Assembly: GCA_963776345.1 (NCBI GenBank)
Contig: CAVZMH010000014.1
Span: forward strand, 1-64,000
Direction: 5' to 3'
Source of the DNA: an uncultured delta proteobacterium
GTDB lineage: Bacteria; Myxococcota; Myxococcia; Myxococcales; Myxococcaceae
Length of the DNA stretch: 64,000 nucleotides
The notes under the pieces were generated by a model, which saw nothing but the letters and a program-made list of their open reading frames with translations, was not told the DNA's origin and made no database searches. The stretch's first letter is position 1. The number at the start of each line of letters is the position of its first letter. The translations under genes were made by a program, and so were the position numbers. This document shows, one piece after another, positions 20,516-30,749 of the stretch.

Positions 20516-22486
20516 ATGGCCCGGACTCCCGTGCGTCGGCTCGCCCTCGCCGTCCTCCTCCTCGCCGTCGCGGCGCGCGCCGAGGCGCCGCTCATCCCGC
20601 GCGAGGTGCTCTTCGGAAACCCCGAGCGGACCAAGCCCCAGCTCTCACCCGACGGGAAGCGGCTCGCCTGGCTGCAGCCGGACAAGGGCGTGCTCCAGGT
20701 CTGGGTGCAGACGCTCGGCAAGGAGGACGCGGCGCCGGTGAGCGCCGATCGGCAGCGCCCCATCCGGCGCTTCCAGTGGGCCCAGGACAGCCGCTCCATC
20801 CTCTACAGCCAGGACGTGAAGGGCGACGAGAACTGGCACGTGTACGGCGTGGACCTCGCCTCGAAGCAGGTCCGTGACCTCACGCCCTTCGACGGCGTGC
20901 GCGCCGACCTGGTCGCCGACAGCCCGCGCCGTCCGGCCGAGGTCCTGGTGCAGATGAACATCGAGGATCGCGCGCGGATGGACGTCCACCGCGTCGACCT
21001 CCGGACCGGCGCGGTGGTCCTGGACACGAGGAATCCCGGGACGGTGACCGCCTGGGCGGCGACGGACGATCTCCTGATCAAGGCCGCCGTCGCCTCCCGG
21101 CCCGACGGTGGACAGGAGCTGCTGGTCCGGGACTCGGCGAAGGGGACCTGGCGGACGCTCACCCGCGTCGGCCCGGAGGACCGGCTCGAGCTGCTCGATC
21201 TGACGGCGGACGGCAAGGGCGTGCTCTACGTGACCAGCGCCGGCGCGGAGACGGCCCGGGTGGTCCAGCGCGCGCTCGCCGGGGGGCCGGAGAAGGTCCT
21301 GGCCTCGAATCCCGAGGTGGACCCGTCGGACGTCTCGGTGCACCCGACCCGTCACGTGGTGGAGGGCGTGCTGTTCGAGCCGGCGCTCCCGGTCTGGACG
21401 CTCCTCGACCCGACGGTGAAGAAGGACTTCGACGTCTTCCCGCACCTCGCCCGCGGCTTCCCGGAGGTCGTCTCCCGCGATCGCGCCGACCGCACCTGGC
21501 TGGTGGCGTTCCGGGACGCGCAGGGACCCACGCGGTACTTCTCCTTCGACCGGACCTCGCTCCAGGGAAAGTTCCTCTTCGCCGACCGGCCGAAGCTCGA
21601 GTCGGTGGGGCTGGCGGAGATGAAGCCGGTCCGCTTCCCGGCCCGCGACGGGCTCACCCTGCACGGGTACCTGACCCGGCCCGCCGGAGCGAGCGCCGCC
21701 GGCCCGATGGTCCTCTTCGTCCACGGCGGCCCCTGGGGCCGGGACCACTGGCGGCTCGACCCCCACGCCCAGTGGCTCGCCAACCGCGGCTACGCGGTCC
21801 TCCAGGTGAACTTCCGCGGGAGCACCGGCTACGGCCGGAAGCTGATGAACGCCGGCGACCGCCAGTGGGGGAAGGACATGCACACCGACCTGCTCGACGC
21901 GGTGGACTGGGCGGTGAAGGAGGGCGTGGCGGAGAAGGGCCGGGTGGCGATCATGGGCGGGAGCTACGGCGGATACGCCACCCTGGCCGCCGCCGCGTTC
22001 AGCCCCGACGCGTTCCGGTGCGGGGTGGACATCGTCGGCCCGTCGAACCTCTTCACCTTGCTCCGGAGCATCCCGCCGTACTGGAAGCCGATGCGGGCGA
22101 TGTTCGACCGGCGCATCGGGAACATCGACGACCCCGCGGACAAGGCGCTGCTCGAGTCGGCCTCGCCGCTGTTCTCCGCGGAGAAGATCCGGATGCCGCT
22201 GCTCATCGGCCAGGGGGCGAACGACCCGCGGGTGAAGCAGGCCGAGTCGGAGCAGATCGTCTCCGCGCTGGAGAAGCATGGGCTCGGCGTGACCTACGTG
22301 GTCTATCCGGACGAGGGGCACGGCTTCGCCCGGCCGGAGAACTCGATGGACTTCAACGCCCGGGCGGAGGCGTTCCTCGGCCAGTGCCTCGGCGGGCGGG
22401 TCGAGCCGATGCAAGGCGAGCGGATCCCCGGCTCGACCGCGGTGGTGAAGGTCGTGGCGCCGAAGGCCGGCGCCGCCCCGAAGTGA
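20516..22486 (+). CDS. S9 family (prolyl oligopeptidase/acylaminoacyl) peptidase, secreted
   Basis: Signal peptide, LIPREVLFGNP, VHGGPW, NFRGSTGYG, GGSYGGY, GANDPRV, DEGHGF. Confidence 0.95.
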   Translation: MARTPVRRLALAVLLLAVAARAEAPLIPREVLFGNPERTKPQLSPDGKRLAWLQPDKGVLQVWVQTLGKEDAAPVSADRQRPIRRFQWAQDSRSILYSQDVKGDENWHVYGVDLASKQVRDLTPFDGVRADLVADSPRRPAEVLVQMNIEDRARMDVHRVDLRTGAVVLDTRNPGTVTAWAATDDLLIKAAVASRPDGGQELLVRDSAKGTWRTLTRVGPEDRLELLDLTADGKGVLYVTSAGAETARVVQRALAGGPEKVLASNPEVDPSDVSVHPTRHVVEGVLFEPALPVWTLLDPTVKKDFDVFPHLARGFPEVVSRDRADRTWLVAFRDAQGPTRYFSFDRTSLQGKFLFADRPKLESVGLAEMKPVRFPARDGLTLHGYLTRPAGASAAGPMVLFVHGGPWGRDHWRLDPHAQWLANRGYAVLQVNFRGSTGYGRKLMNAGDRQWGKDMHTDLLDAVDWAVKEGVAEKGRVAIMGGSYGGYATLAAAAFSPDAFRCGVDIVGPSNLFTLLRSIPPYWKPMRAMFDRRIGNIDDPADKALLESASPLFSAEKIRMPLLIGQGANDPRVKQAESEQIVSALEKHGLGVTYVVYPDEGHGFARPENSMDFNARAEAFLGQCLGGRVEPMQGERIPGSTAVVKVVAPKAGAAPK

Positions 22487-22504
22487 CGCTCGCGCCCGGG
22501 TCGC

Positions 22505-23668
22505 TCAGGCCGTCAGGGTGATGGCGGCGATCTCCGGCGGGCTTCCGATGCGCATCGGCGGCCCCCAGAAGCCCGTCCCGCGGTGCACGTACACGTGCCC
22601 GTCGCCGACCCGGTACAGCCCGGCCGAGTAGGTCCACAGCGCCGCGACCAGCCCGGTGATGGGGAACAGCTGCCCGCCGTGGGTGTGGCCCGAGAGCTGG
22701 AGCCCGATGCCCTTCGCGACGCCGTCCTCCACCGCCCGCGGCTGGTGGGCGAGCAGCACCGCCGGGTGCTCCGGGTCCCGGCCGGCCACCGCCGCCTCCA
22801 GGTCCCAGCCGCGCGGCCGGTCCCGCTGCCCGTAGTCGTCCACGCCGACGAGGTCGAGCCGGGCGTCGCCGTCGCGCAGGGTCACCGTGCGGTTTCGAAG
22901 CACGGTGAGCCCCATCCGCTCCAGCGCCACGCACCAGTCCGCGTCGCCCGAGTAGTACTCGTGGTTCCCGGTGATGAAGTACGTCCCGAAGCGCGAACGC
23001 AGGGCCTGCACGGCGGAGATGGTGTGCGCGATCTGGTCGACCCGGCCATCGACCAGGTCCCCGGTGAGCGCCACCAGGTCTGGCTTCAGCGCGTTGCAGC
23101 GCTGCACCATGTCCTCGAGGAACGGACGGCCGAGCACGTCGCCGATGTGGATGTCGCTCACCTGGACGATGCGCAGGCCGTCGAAGGCGCGGTGGAGGCG
23201 GGGCAGGCGCACGGCGAGCTCGTCGATGACCGGCGGCGCGAACGCCCGGCGCACGCCGTAGGCGCTGAAGCCCGCCGTGACCAGCCCCGCCCCGCCCACC
23301 GCTGCCCGGGCGAGGAACTGCCGCCGCTCGGTGGAGACCGGGGCCGCGCCGTTCCGCCGCCGGCGCCAGCCGTCCACCCGCCGCCAGAGTTGGAAGGCGG
23401 CGAGCGACATCCCGAGGTACAGGCCCACCCCCATCCAGCACCACGCCGCGAAGGCCAGGGCGTCGCCCCACGGCGTGTGGAAGCGGGTGAACACCGACCG
23501 GGCGAGGAAGAGCGAGGCGCCGGCGAAGGCGAGCGCGATGGCCCCGGCGCGGCGGATGCGCGCGTCGCTGGTCGTGTCCCGGAACAGCCGGCGGTACAGG
23601 TAGAGGTGCCCCCCGACCACCACCGCCAGGACGATGGCGAAGAAGAGCGCGATGCGGAGCACGTACAT
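22505..23668 (-). CDS. Membrane-bound metallophosphoesterase (YkuE/YaeI-like)
   Basis: SDIH, TGDLVD, GNHEYY, LAHQP, SGHTHGGQ. Confidence 0.93.
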   Translation of the reverse strand: MYVLRIALFFAIVLAVVVGGHLYLYRRLFRDTTSDARIRRAGAIALAFAGASLFLARSVFTRFHTPWGDALAFAAWCWMGVGLYLGMSLAAFQLWRRVDGWRRRRNGAAPVSTERRQFLARAAVGGAGLVTAGFSAYGVRRAFAPPVIDELAVRLPRLHRAFDGLRIVQVSDIHIGDVLGRPFLEDMVQRCNALKPDLVALTGDLVDGRVDQIAHTISAVQALRSRFGTYFITGNHEYYSGDADWCVALERMGLTVLRNRTVTLRDGDARLDLVGVDDYGQRDRPRGWDLEAAVAGRDPEHPAVLLAHQPRAVEDGVAKGIGLQLSGHTHGGQLFPITGLVAALWTYSAGLYRVGDGHVYVHRGTGFWGPPMRIGSPPEIAAITLTA

Positions 23669-23749
23669 GGGCCGGGCCCGATGCTAACCAGCCGGGGAGC
23701 GCGCTTCATCCCGCTCGAGCGAGCGGCCGTCGCCTGCTCGACCCCGGGC

Positions 23750-24157
23750 TCAGAACAGCGCCCGCAGCACCAGGTAGGCGCCGAGCACCATCGCGGTCAC
23801 CCCCAGCTTCTCGCGGTAGGGCTGCAGCTTGCGCGTCCACCGGTCGAGCGTGGCCTGTGCGCCCGGGCTCTTCGTCCAGCTGCGGAAGATGCCCACGCCG
23901 AGGAGCAACCCGAGCGAGAGGAGCAGCGCTCCGTCCACCGCGCGCAGCAGCCAGAAGTTGAACCAGCGGAGCACCGGCAGCTCGAGCAGCACGAAGAAGA
24001 GCCGCCAGGCGCCGAGCACCGCGCCGACGACGCCGATCCACCCCTGGTAGGGCTCCAGCTCGGTCAGGACGCGCGCGCCTCGACGGTCCCGGCGCACGAG
24101 CGTCGCGGCGCCCAGCGCGCCCACCCCCAGCAGCAGCAGTCCGTCCAGCAGGCCCAT
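23750..24157 (-). CDS. Hypothetical membrane protein
   Basis: 135 aa with four hydrophobic segments; internal PYQ/PYR repeat. Confidence 0.65.
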   Translation of the reverse strand: MGLLDGLLLLGVGALGAATLVRRDRRGARVLTELEPYQGWIGVVGAVLGAWRLFFVLLELPVLRWFNFWLLRAVDGALLLSLGLLLGVGIFRSWTKSPGAQATLDRWTRKLQPYREKLGVTAMVLGAYLVLRALF

Positions 24158-24200
24158 CTCGGTGGATGAGACGCGCCGGGGTGCCCGCCGATTGCGGCGA

Positions 24201-24755
24201 TCAGCTCACCGGGCCGATGTCGACGTTCAGGAGGAGGGACAGCTCGGCGAAGAAGTCGTCGATGTCCCGGGAACCGAGCGGGCCGCTCCAGGCGTGGACC
24301 AGCGTCCCTTTCGCGTCGAGCAGCACCACCGACGAGGCCCCCGGCGGAAGGCTCCACGGCGGGGAGGACAGGGTGCGGTTCCAGTCGACCAGCACCGGGA
24401 CGCCGTCCTTCCGCTCGGCGTCGCGGACCGCCGACAGGGCGAAGAGGCTGGCGGGGAAGAAGTCGAGCCCGTGCAGGTTCGCGACCCCCAGCACGTGTGC
24501 CCGCCCGATCAGCCGGTGGTGCCGGGCCCGGACGAACAGCTCGCGCTTGAGCGCCACGTTCTGCTCGACCGACCCCCTGTCCTCGTAGAAGAGGACGGTG
24601 GGCCGCCCGCGCCAGCGGGACAGCGACACCGGCGCGTCGGACGAGTCCCGGAGCTGCGCGTCCCAGCTTCGCCGCTCCGGAATGGCCCCCGCCGCCAGCG
24701 GCAGGGCGGCAACCAGGCTCACCACAATCAAAAAGACTCTCAGTGACATTGTCAT
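24201..24755 (-). CDS. Exported thioredoxin-like/YtfJ-like protein, divergent from the carotenoid operon
   Basis: Signal peptide (LRVFLIVVSLVAALPLAAGA), LSRWRGRPTVLFYED, VLVDW, VVLLDAKG; start 24749 or 24755. Confidence 0.6.
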   Translation of the reverse strand: MTMSLRVFLIVVSLVAALPLAAGAIPERRSWDAQLRDSSDAPVSLSRWRGRPTVLFYEDRGSVEQNVALKRELFVRARHHRLIGRAHVLGVANLHGLDFFPASLFALSAVRDAERKDGVPVLVDWNRTLSSPPWSLPPGASSVVLLDAKGTLVHAWSGPLGSRDIDDFFAELSLLLNVDIGPVS

Positions 24756-24766
24756 GGACCTCGGGT

Positions 24767-24816
24767 TACGCAAACTTTGAACATAGCATTGACAGAGTTG
24801 CAACAAACCATTAACC
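24767..24816 (+). promoter_or_regulatory. Carotenoid operon promoter with CarA/CarH-type operator
   Basis: Perfect TTGACA (24789-24794) within five 11-bp-spaced TnnACA-like units: TACGCA, TGAACA, TTGACA, GCAACA, TTAACC. Confidence 0.7.
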
Positions 24817-24845
24817 GATGGGCCTCCTGGAAGGGAAGGGATTCG

Positions 24846-25907
24846 ATGGCCCTCGCGTTCACCCAGCCGTCTGACGCCGCGCTGCTGTGGCTGCGCCACG
24901 TCCAGTCCGACGTCGAGAGGCGGCTGGCGGAGCTGCTCGACCTCGATGACGAGCAGGGCATCGACCCTCGCTGGAGCGAGGCCCTGGTTCGCACCCGGGA
25001 ATACGCGCTGCGGCCCGCGAAGCGATTGAGGCCGGCGCTGGTGGCGATCGGGCACGGTATGGGCTCGGGCCACGCGGACGTCCCGGACGGGCTGTGGAAG
25101 TTCGCCGCCGCGTTCGAGCTGCTCCACACTTTCCTGTTGATCCACGACGACGTCGCCGACGCCGCCGAGCACCGGCGGGGCAGCCCCGCGCTTCATCGCG
25201 TCCTTGCCGAGGGGAAGCTGGGAGAGGACCTGGCGGTGGTGGTGGGCGATCACCTCTTCGCCCGCTCCATCGAGGTGATGCTCGAGCCCGGGCTGCCCGG
25301 CGCCGCGCGCGCGGTGCGCTACTACCTGGGCATCTGCCGGCAGACCGCCGCGGGACAGTACCTGGACCTCGACCTCACCCGTGCGCCGCTGTCCGAGGTC
25401 ACGCTGTTCCAGACGCTCCGGGTCGCCCACCTCAAGACCGCCCGGTACGGCTTCGTGGCGCCGCTCACCTGTGGGGCGATGCTCGCCGGGGCGCCTCGGG
25501 CGCTGGTCGACGCGCTCGACCGCGTGGGCCGGCAGGTGGGGCTCGCCTATCAGCTGCGCGACGACCTGATCGGCCTGTTCGGCGACCCGCAGGTGGCGGG
25601 GAAGAGCACCGACGGTGACTTCGTCCAGGGGAAGCGGACCTTCCCGGTGGTGGCGGCCTACACCCGCGCGCCGCCGGCGACCCGTTCGGAGATGGAGGCC
25701 CTCTGGGCCGAGCGGCCGTCGGACCCGGTGGCGCTGGCCCGCGCCCGGACCCTGGTCACGGCGCACGGGGGGGTGGCCGCCACCGAGCGGCTCATCGAGC
25801 GCGCCACCCGCTCGGCGCGGCGGGCGCTGGCGGCGCTTCCCCATGGCGGCGGCTTCCGCGACCTCCTGGACTCGCTGGTGGTGACCCTCTCCCGGCGGCG
25901 GGCCTGA
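24846..25907 (+). CDS. crtE: Geranylgeranyl diphosphate synthase
   Basis: KRLRP, LLIHDDVAD (FARM), GQYLD, KTARY, YQLRDDL; first gene of the crt cluster. Confidence 0.88.
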   Translation: MALAFTQPSDAALLWLRHVQSDVERRLAELLDLDDEQGIDPRWSEALVRTREYALRPAKRLRPALVAIGHGMGSGHADVPDGLWKFAAAFELLHTFLLIHDDVADAAEHRRGSPALHRVLAEGKLGEDLAVVVGDHLFARSIEVMLEPGLPGAARAVRYYLGICRQTAAGQYLDLDLTRAPLSEVTLFQTLRVAHLKTARYGFVAPLTCGAMLAGAPRALVDALDRVGRQVGLAYQLRDDLIGLFGDPQVAGKSTDGDFVQGKRTFPVVAAYTRAPPATRSEMEALWAERPSDPVALARARTLVTAHGGVAATERLIERATRSARRALAALPHGGGFRDLLDSLVVTLSRRRA

Positions 25908-25913
25908 GCTCCG

Positions 25914-27446
25914 ATGGCGCGGCGTCTCTCGGCGGTGGTGGTGGGTGCAGGGGTCGGCGGGCTCGCCGCCGCCGCCCGTCTGGCCCACGCGGGCCTGGAC
26001 GTGCAGGTGTTCGAGCAGACGCCCGGGCCCGGCGGCCGCTGCGCGCAGCTCCAGCTCGACGGCTACACCTTCGACATGGGCCCCACCATCCTCCTCATGC
26101 CCGAGGTGGTGGAGCGCACCTTCCGCGACCTGGGCCGGAGGATGGAGGACTACCTCCGGCTGCACCGCTGCGACCCGAACTACCAGATCCACTTCCGCGA
26201 CGGCTCGTCGCTGACCTTCACCTCCGAGCTCACCCGGATGGGCGAGGAGCTGGAGCGCATCGAGCCGGGCAGCTTCGCCCGCTTCCTGGAGTTCCTCGCG
26301 CTGGGCCGGGTGCAGTACCGGACCAGCCTCGACCAGTTCGTCGGCCGGAACTTCGACCACCTGGGACAGTTCCTCACCCCGGCCAGCCTCCGCGGCATCT
26401 TCCGGGCGCGCGCCCACCGGCGGCTCTACTCGGTGGTCAGCGGCTTCTTCCGCGACGACCGGCTGCGGGCGGCGCTCACCTTCCAGACGATGTACCTGGG
26501 CATCTCGCCGTACCAGAGCCCGGCGGTGTACGGCCTGCTCCCGTTCAGCGAGCTGGGGGTGGGCATCTGGTTCCCCGAGGGCGGACTGCACGCGCTGCCG
26601 CGGGCGCTGGAGCGGCTGGCGAAGGATATGGGTGTCCACCTCGCCTACCGGACTGCGGTGCGATCCATCACCTTCGAGGGGAAGCGGGCGACGGGGGTGA
26701 CGCTCGAGGACGGCACCGAGGTGGCCGCGGACCTGGTCCTCTGCAACGCCGACCTGCCCTGGGCCTACCGGAACCTCATCGACCCGGGCGTGACGCGGCT
26801 CCGGCGGGCGGAGAAGCTCCGCTACACCTCCAGCGGCTACATGATGTACCTGGGGCTCGACCGGCAGGTGCCGGAGCTCGGGCACCACAACGTCTTCTTC
26901 GGGGGCGACTACCGGGGCTCGTTCGAGGACATCTTCGAGCGCTTCCGCGTCCCGGCGGACCCGAGCTTCTACGTCGCCGTCGCCAACCGGACCGATCCGT
27001 CGCTCGCGCCGGCGGGGCGGGACGGGCTCTACGTGCTGGTCCCGGTGCCCAGGCAGCACCCGTCGCTCGACTGGGCCACGGTGGGCCCGCGGGTGCGGGC
27101 GCAGGTCTTCGCCCGGCTCCGCGAGGAGGGGCTGGACCTCGAGCGCCACGTGGTCGCCGAGCGGGTCTTCACCCCCGACGACTGGGCGAGCCGCTTCTCG
27201 CTCGAGCACGGCAGTGCCTTCGGCCTCAGCCACCACTTCTTCCAGGTGGGCCCGTTCCGGCCGTCGAATCAGGACCCCACCGTCCGGAACCTCTTCTTCG
27301 TCGGCGCCTCCACCCAGCCGGGCACCGGGCTGCCGACGGTGATGCTCTCGGCCGAGCTGGTGGTGGAGCGGATGCGGCGCGAGGCGGCGGCGCTCGGCGC
27401 GAGGCTGGCCCCGGCTCCCCTGCTGGGCCCGGAGGCGATGGCGTGA
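25914..27446 (+). CDS. crtI: Phytoene desaturase
   Basis: VVGAGVGGL FAD motif, FDMGPTIL, FVGASTQPGTGLPTVMLS. Confidence 0.92.
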   Translation: MARRLSAVVVGAGVGGLAAAARLAHAGLDVQVFEQTPGPGGRCAQLQLDGYTFDMGPTILLMPEVVERTFRDLGRRMEDYLRLHRCDPNYQIHFRDGSSLTFTSELTRMGEELERIEPGSFARFLEFLALGRVQYRTSLDQFVGRNFDHLGQFLTPASLRGIFRARAHRRLYSVVSGFFRDDRLRAALTFQTMYLGISPYQSPAVYGLLPFSELGVGIWFPEGGLHALPRALERLAKDMGVHLAYRTAVRSITFEGKRATGVTLEDGTEVAADLVLCNADLPWAYRNLIDPGVTRLRRAEKLRYTSSGYMMYLGLDRQVPELGHHNVFFGGDYRGSFEDIFERFRVPADPSFYVAVANRTDPSLAPAGRDGLYVLVPVPRQHPSLDWATVGPRVRAQVFARLREEGLDLERHVVAERVFTPDDWASRFSLEHGSAFGLSHHFFQVGPFRPSNQDPTVRNLFFVGASTQPGTGLPTVMLSAELVVERMRREAAALGARLAPAPLLGPEAMA

Positions 27447-28429
27447 ACGCGCTGGTGCGCCAGGGCTACCGCACGGCGAAGGAGGTCACGCGGCGGCACG
27501 CCCGCAGCTTCTCCTTCGCCTCGGTGCTGCTGTTCGGCGCACGCCGGCGGGCGGCGTTCGCCCTCTACGCCTTCTGCCGGCGGCTGGACGACCTGGTCGA
27601 CCACGGCGACGGCGGGGCGGAGCCGCTCTCGCACCGGCTCGCGCGCGCCCGGGCGCTCATCGCCCAGCTGTACGTGGGTGCGCCGCACCTCGCCGACCCG
27701 GGCCGTGGCCCGGTGGCCGAGCGCGCGGCGGGGGCGCTCGCCGACGGCGCCTGGGACGAAGCCGAGCTCGCCGCCCTGCGGGACACGATCCAGCGCTTCG
27801 GCGTCCCCGAGCAGCCGTTCCAGGACCTGGTCTCGGGCATGGAGATGGACGTGGCCGGCCACCGGTACGTGACGTTCGCCGACCTCGAGCTGTACTGCTA
27901 TCGCGTCGCGGGGACGGTGGGCATCTTGATGGTCCCGGTGCTCGGGACGTCGGACCCGAGGTCCACCGCCGCGGCGGCGGACCTCGGTCGGGCGATGCAG
28001 CTGACCAACATCCTCCGGGACGTGCGCGAGGACCTCGCCCGCGGCCGGGTCTACCTCCCGGAGGACGAGCTCGCCGCCTTCGGCCTCTCCCGGGAGGACC
28101 TCGCCCGGGGCACGGTGGACGACCGCTGGCGCGCGTTCGTGCGCTGCCAGATTGCCCGGGCCCGCGCCTACTACGCGCGCGCCGCCGCCGGGGTGCAGTG
28201 GCTCAACGGCTTCGGTACCCGGCGCATGGTGAAGCTGATGGGCGCGCTGTACGGCGGCATCCTGGGCGACATCGAGGCGCGCGGGCACGACGTGTTCTCC
28301 GCCCGGGCGCACGTGCCCTTCGCGGCGAAGCTGCGGTACGCCCTCGCCACGCTCTTCCGGCCGTGGACGGTGCTGCCGCCGCCCCCGGAGGTACCCCCGG
28401 TTCCGCTCCTGCCCCGGGGGCTGGCGTGA
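27443..28429 (+). CDS. crtB: Phytoene synthase
   Basis: YAFCRRLDDLVD, GMEMD, YCYRVAGTVG, MQLTNILRDVRED. Confidence 0.95.
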   Translation: MNALVRQGYRTAKEVTRRHARSFSFASVLLFGARRRAAFALYAFCRRLDDLVDHGDGGAEPLSHRLARARALIAQLYVGAPHLADPGRGPVAERAAGALADGAWDEAELAALRDTIQRFGVPEQPFQDLVSGMEMDVAGHRYVTFADLELYCYRVAGTVGILMVPVLGTSDPRSTAAAADLGRAMQLTNILRDVREDLARGRVYLPEDELAAFGLSREDLARGTVDDRWRAFVRCQIARARAYYARAAAGVQWLNGFGTRRMVKLMGALYGGILGDIEARGHDVFSARAHVPFAAKLRYALATLFRPWTVLPPPPEVPPVPLLPRGLA

Positions 28430-29853
28430 GCCGCCCGCCCGAGATCGCCGTCGTCGGCGGAGGCATCGGGGGCCTGGTGGCCGCCGGCCTCCTCGCGCGC
28501 TCGGGGGCGAGGGTGACGCTCTACGAGCAGGAGCCCCAGCTCGGCGGCAAGGCCCAGCAGCTCACCGTGGGCCGCACCGTGCTCGACACCGGGCCCACGC
28601 TGCTGACCATGCCGGCCCTGGTGCGCGAGACCTTCGCCGCCCTGGACGCCGAGGCGCTGCTCCCGCGCCTGGTCACCCTCTCGCCGCAGTGCGCGTACCG
28701 GTGGGAGGACGGGAGCGGCTTCGTCGCCCACCCCGAGCTCGAGTCCACCCGCGACTCGGTGGAGGCGATGGCGCCGGGCGAGGGGCGCGGGGTGGAGACG
28801 TTCTACGCCGCCGCGGCCTCCATCCACCGGGCCGCCGGGGAGCCCTACCTCGAGGCGCCGTTCGAGGGCATGGCCGGCTTCTTCGGGCGGGTCATCCGCC
28901 GCGGTCCCTCGGCGGTCCTGCAAGGGATGCAGATGTCCACCCTGCACGACCTGGCGGCGCGGCACTTCCGCACCCCCCGGATGCAGCAGTTCGTCGGCCG
29001 CTTCGCCACCTACACCGGGGCGTCGCCCTACCAGGCCAGCGCGGCGTTCGCGCTCATCCCCCACCTCGAGCGGGTGGAGGGCGTGCACCACGTCGAGGGC
29101 GGGATGGGCGCGCTGGTGGACGCCCTGGAGCGGGCGGTGCGCCGGCTGGGCGTCGAGGTCCGTCTCGGCACCCGCGGGCGCTGGCTCCCGGCCGCCGGCG
29201 GCTGGCGCGTGGGACCGGCCGGCGACGAGGCTCCGGTCGACGCCGTGGTGGTGAACGCAGATCCCCTCGGCGCCTCCGGGGTCTCCGACGGGCCGCTGGC
29301 CATGTCCGGGTACGTGCTCCTGCTCGAGGCAGGGGTGCGATCGCGCCTCGCGCACCACACGGTCTTCTTCTCCCGGGACGCGGCCCGGGAGTTCGAGGAG
29401 ATCTTCTCCGGCCGCGTCCCCTCCGACCCGACCGTCTACGTCTGTCACCCCGCGTCGAGCGATCCGGGGATGGCCGCGCCGGGGACCAGCGGGCTGTTCG
29501 TCATGGCCAACGTGCCGGCGATGGGCGAGGCCTTCCCTCCCTGCGCCGAGACGCTCCGGGCCCGCTGCCTCGCGGTGGTGGAGGCGCTCGACCCGACGCT
29601 GCGCGGGCACCTCCGGATCATCGGCGAGCGGACGCCGGTGGACTTCCAGCGGCAGGGAGCGCCGGGCGGCTCGCTCTACGGCTTCCTGCCCCACGGGCGG
29701 TTCGGCCCCTTCCACCGTCCCCGCTCCCACGCCGCGCCGGGGCTGGTCTACGCCGGCGGCGGCACGCACCCGGGCGGCGGCGTGCCGATGGTGATGCTCT
29801 CCGGCCGGTTCGCCGCCCGGCAGCTGCAGGCGGATCTGAGGCTCCCGGCATGA
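28426..29853 (+). CDS. crtD: Carotenoid 3,4-desaturase (CrtI/CrtD family)
   Basis: VVGGGIGGL, DTGPTLLTMP, GRFATYTGASP, GGGTHPGGGVPMVMLSG; position between crtB and crtC. Confidence 0.8.
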   Translation: MSRPPEIAVVGGGIGGLVAAGLLARSGARVTLYEQEPQLGGKAQQLTVGRTVLDTGPTLLTMPALVRETFAALDAEALLPRLVTLSPQCAYRWEDGSGFVAHPELESTRDSVEAMAPGEGRGVETFYAAAASIHRAAGEPYLEAPFEGMAGFFGRVIRRGPSAVLQGMQMSTLHDLAARHFRTPRMQQFVGRFATYTGASPYQASAAFALIPHLERVEGVHHVEGGMGALVDALERAVRRLGVEVRLGTRGRWLPAAGGWRVGPAGDEAPVDAVVVNADPLGASGVSDGPLAMSGYVLLLEAGVRSRLAHHTVFFSRDAAREFEEIFSGRVPSDPTVYVCHPASSDPGMAAPGTSGLFVMANVPAMGEAFPPCAETLRARCLAVVEALDPTLRGHLRIIGERTPVDFQRQGAPGGSLYGFLPHGRFGPFHRPRSHAAPGLVYAGGGTHPGGGVPMVMLSGRFAARQLQADLRLPA

Positions 29854-30749
29854 GCGGGCTCGCCCCACTGCCGGACCGGGCAGGCGCCTACCGCTGGTAC
29901 TACGCCGACGTGGGCTGCGGCGAGGTGAGCGCCGTGGTCATCTTCCTGCTCGGCAGCCTCTTCTCCCCCCGCTACGCCGCACGGCGGCGAGCGCTGCCCG
30001 TCGAGCACTGCGCGGTCAACTTCGCGCTCTACGTGGGTGGCCGCCGCACGCAGTGGGTGCTGAGCGAGTACCCGGACGCCGCGCAGTCCGGGGGCGTGCT
30101 CTCCATCGGCCGCTCGCGGTTCCGGGTGAACGCCGACGGCTCGGTGGAGATCGAGGTCCGCGAGCGCCTGGCCCCCTTCGGCGGCGAGGCCCGCGCCGAG
30201 CTGGTGCTCCGGCCCACCGCGCCGGGCCTGGGGGTCGTCCCGCTGCTGCCGGACGGAAGCCACGTCTGGGAACCCCGCGCGCCCCGGTGCGACGCCGAGC
30301 TGCGGCTCCCGCTCCTCGGCCAGGTGCTGAAGGGCCACGGCTACCACGACGCGAACGCCGGGGATTCGCCGCTCGGCCCCACCTTGCCCTCCTGGTCCTG
30401 GACCCGGGTCCACGCTCCCGACCAGACGGCCATCGACTTCCGGCTCCCCGCCGGCGAGCGCATCACCGTGCGGACCGGTGAGCGCGGCACCTCGCTCGCC
30501 CGCGACCAGGCCCCGGTGCCCGAGGGGATGCCCACCCGCTGGGGGCTCCGCGTCCCGCGCACGCTGTCGGCCGGCGGACTGGAGGTGCCGGGCCCGGCCC
30601 TGGTGGAGTCCTCGCCCTTCTACGCGCGGCAGGTGGCGCGCTCGGGCGCGCTGCACGCCATCGGCGAGGTGGCGGACTTCCGCCGGTTCCGCTCGCCGCT
30701 GGTGCGGTGGATGGCGCACTTCCGGACCCGGGTGGAGCGCGCGGCATGA
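29850..30749 (+). CDS. crtC: Carotenoid 1,2-hydratase (hydroxyneurosporene synthase)
   Basis: GAYRWYYAD, GSLFSPRY, HCAVNFALY, GYHDAN, ESSPFYAR. Confidence 0.85.
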   Translation: MSGLAPLPDRAGAYRWYYADVGCGEVSAVVIFLLGSLFSPRYAARRRALPVEHCAVNFALYVGGRRTQWVLSEYPDAAQSGGVLSIGRSRFRVNADGSVEIEVRERLAPFGGEARAELVLRPTAPGLGVVPLLPDGSHVWEPRAPRCDAELRLPLLGQVLKGHGYHDANAGDSPLGPTLPSWSWTRVHAPDQTAIDFRLPAGERITVRTGERGTSLARDQAPVPEGMPTRWGLRVPRTLSAGGLEVPGPALVESSPFYARQVARSGALHAIGEVADFRRFRSPLVRWMAHFRTRVERAA

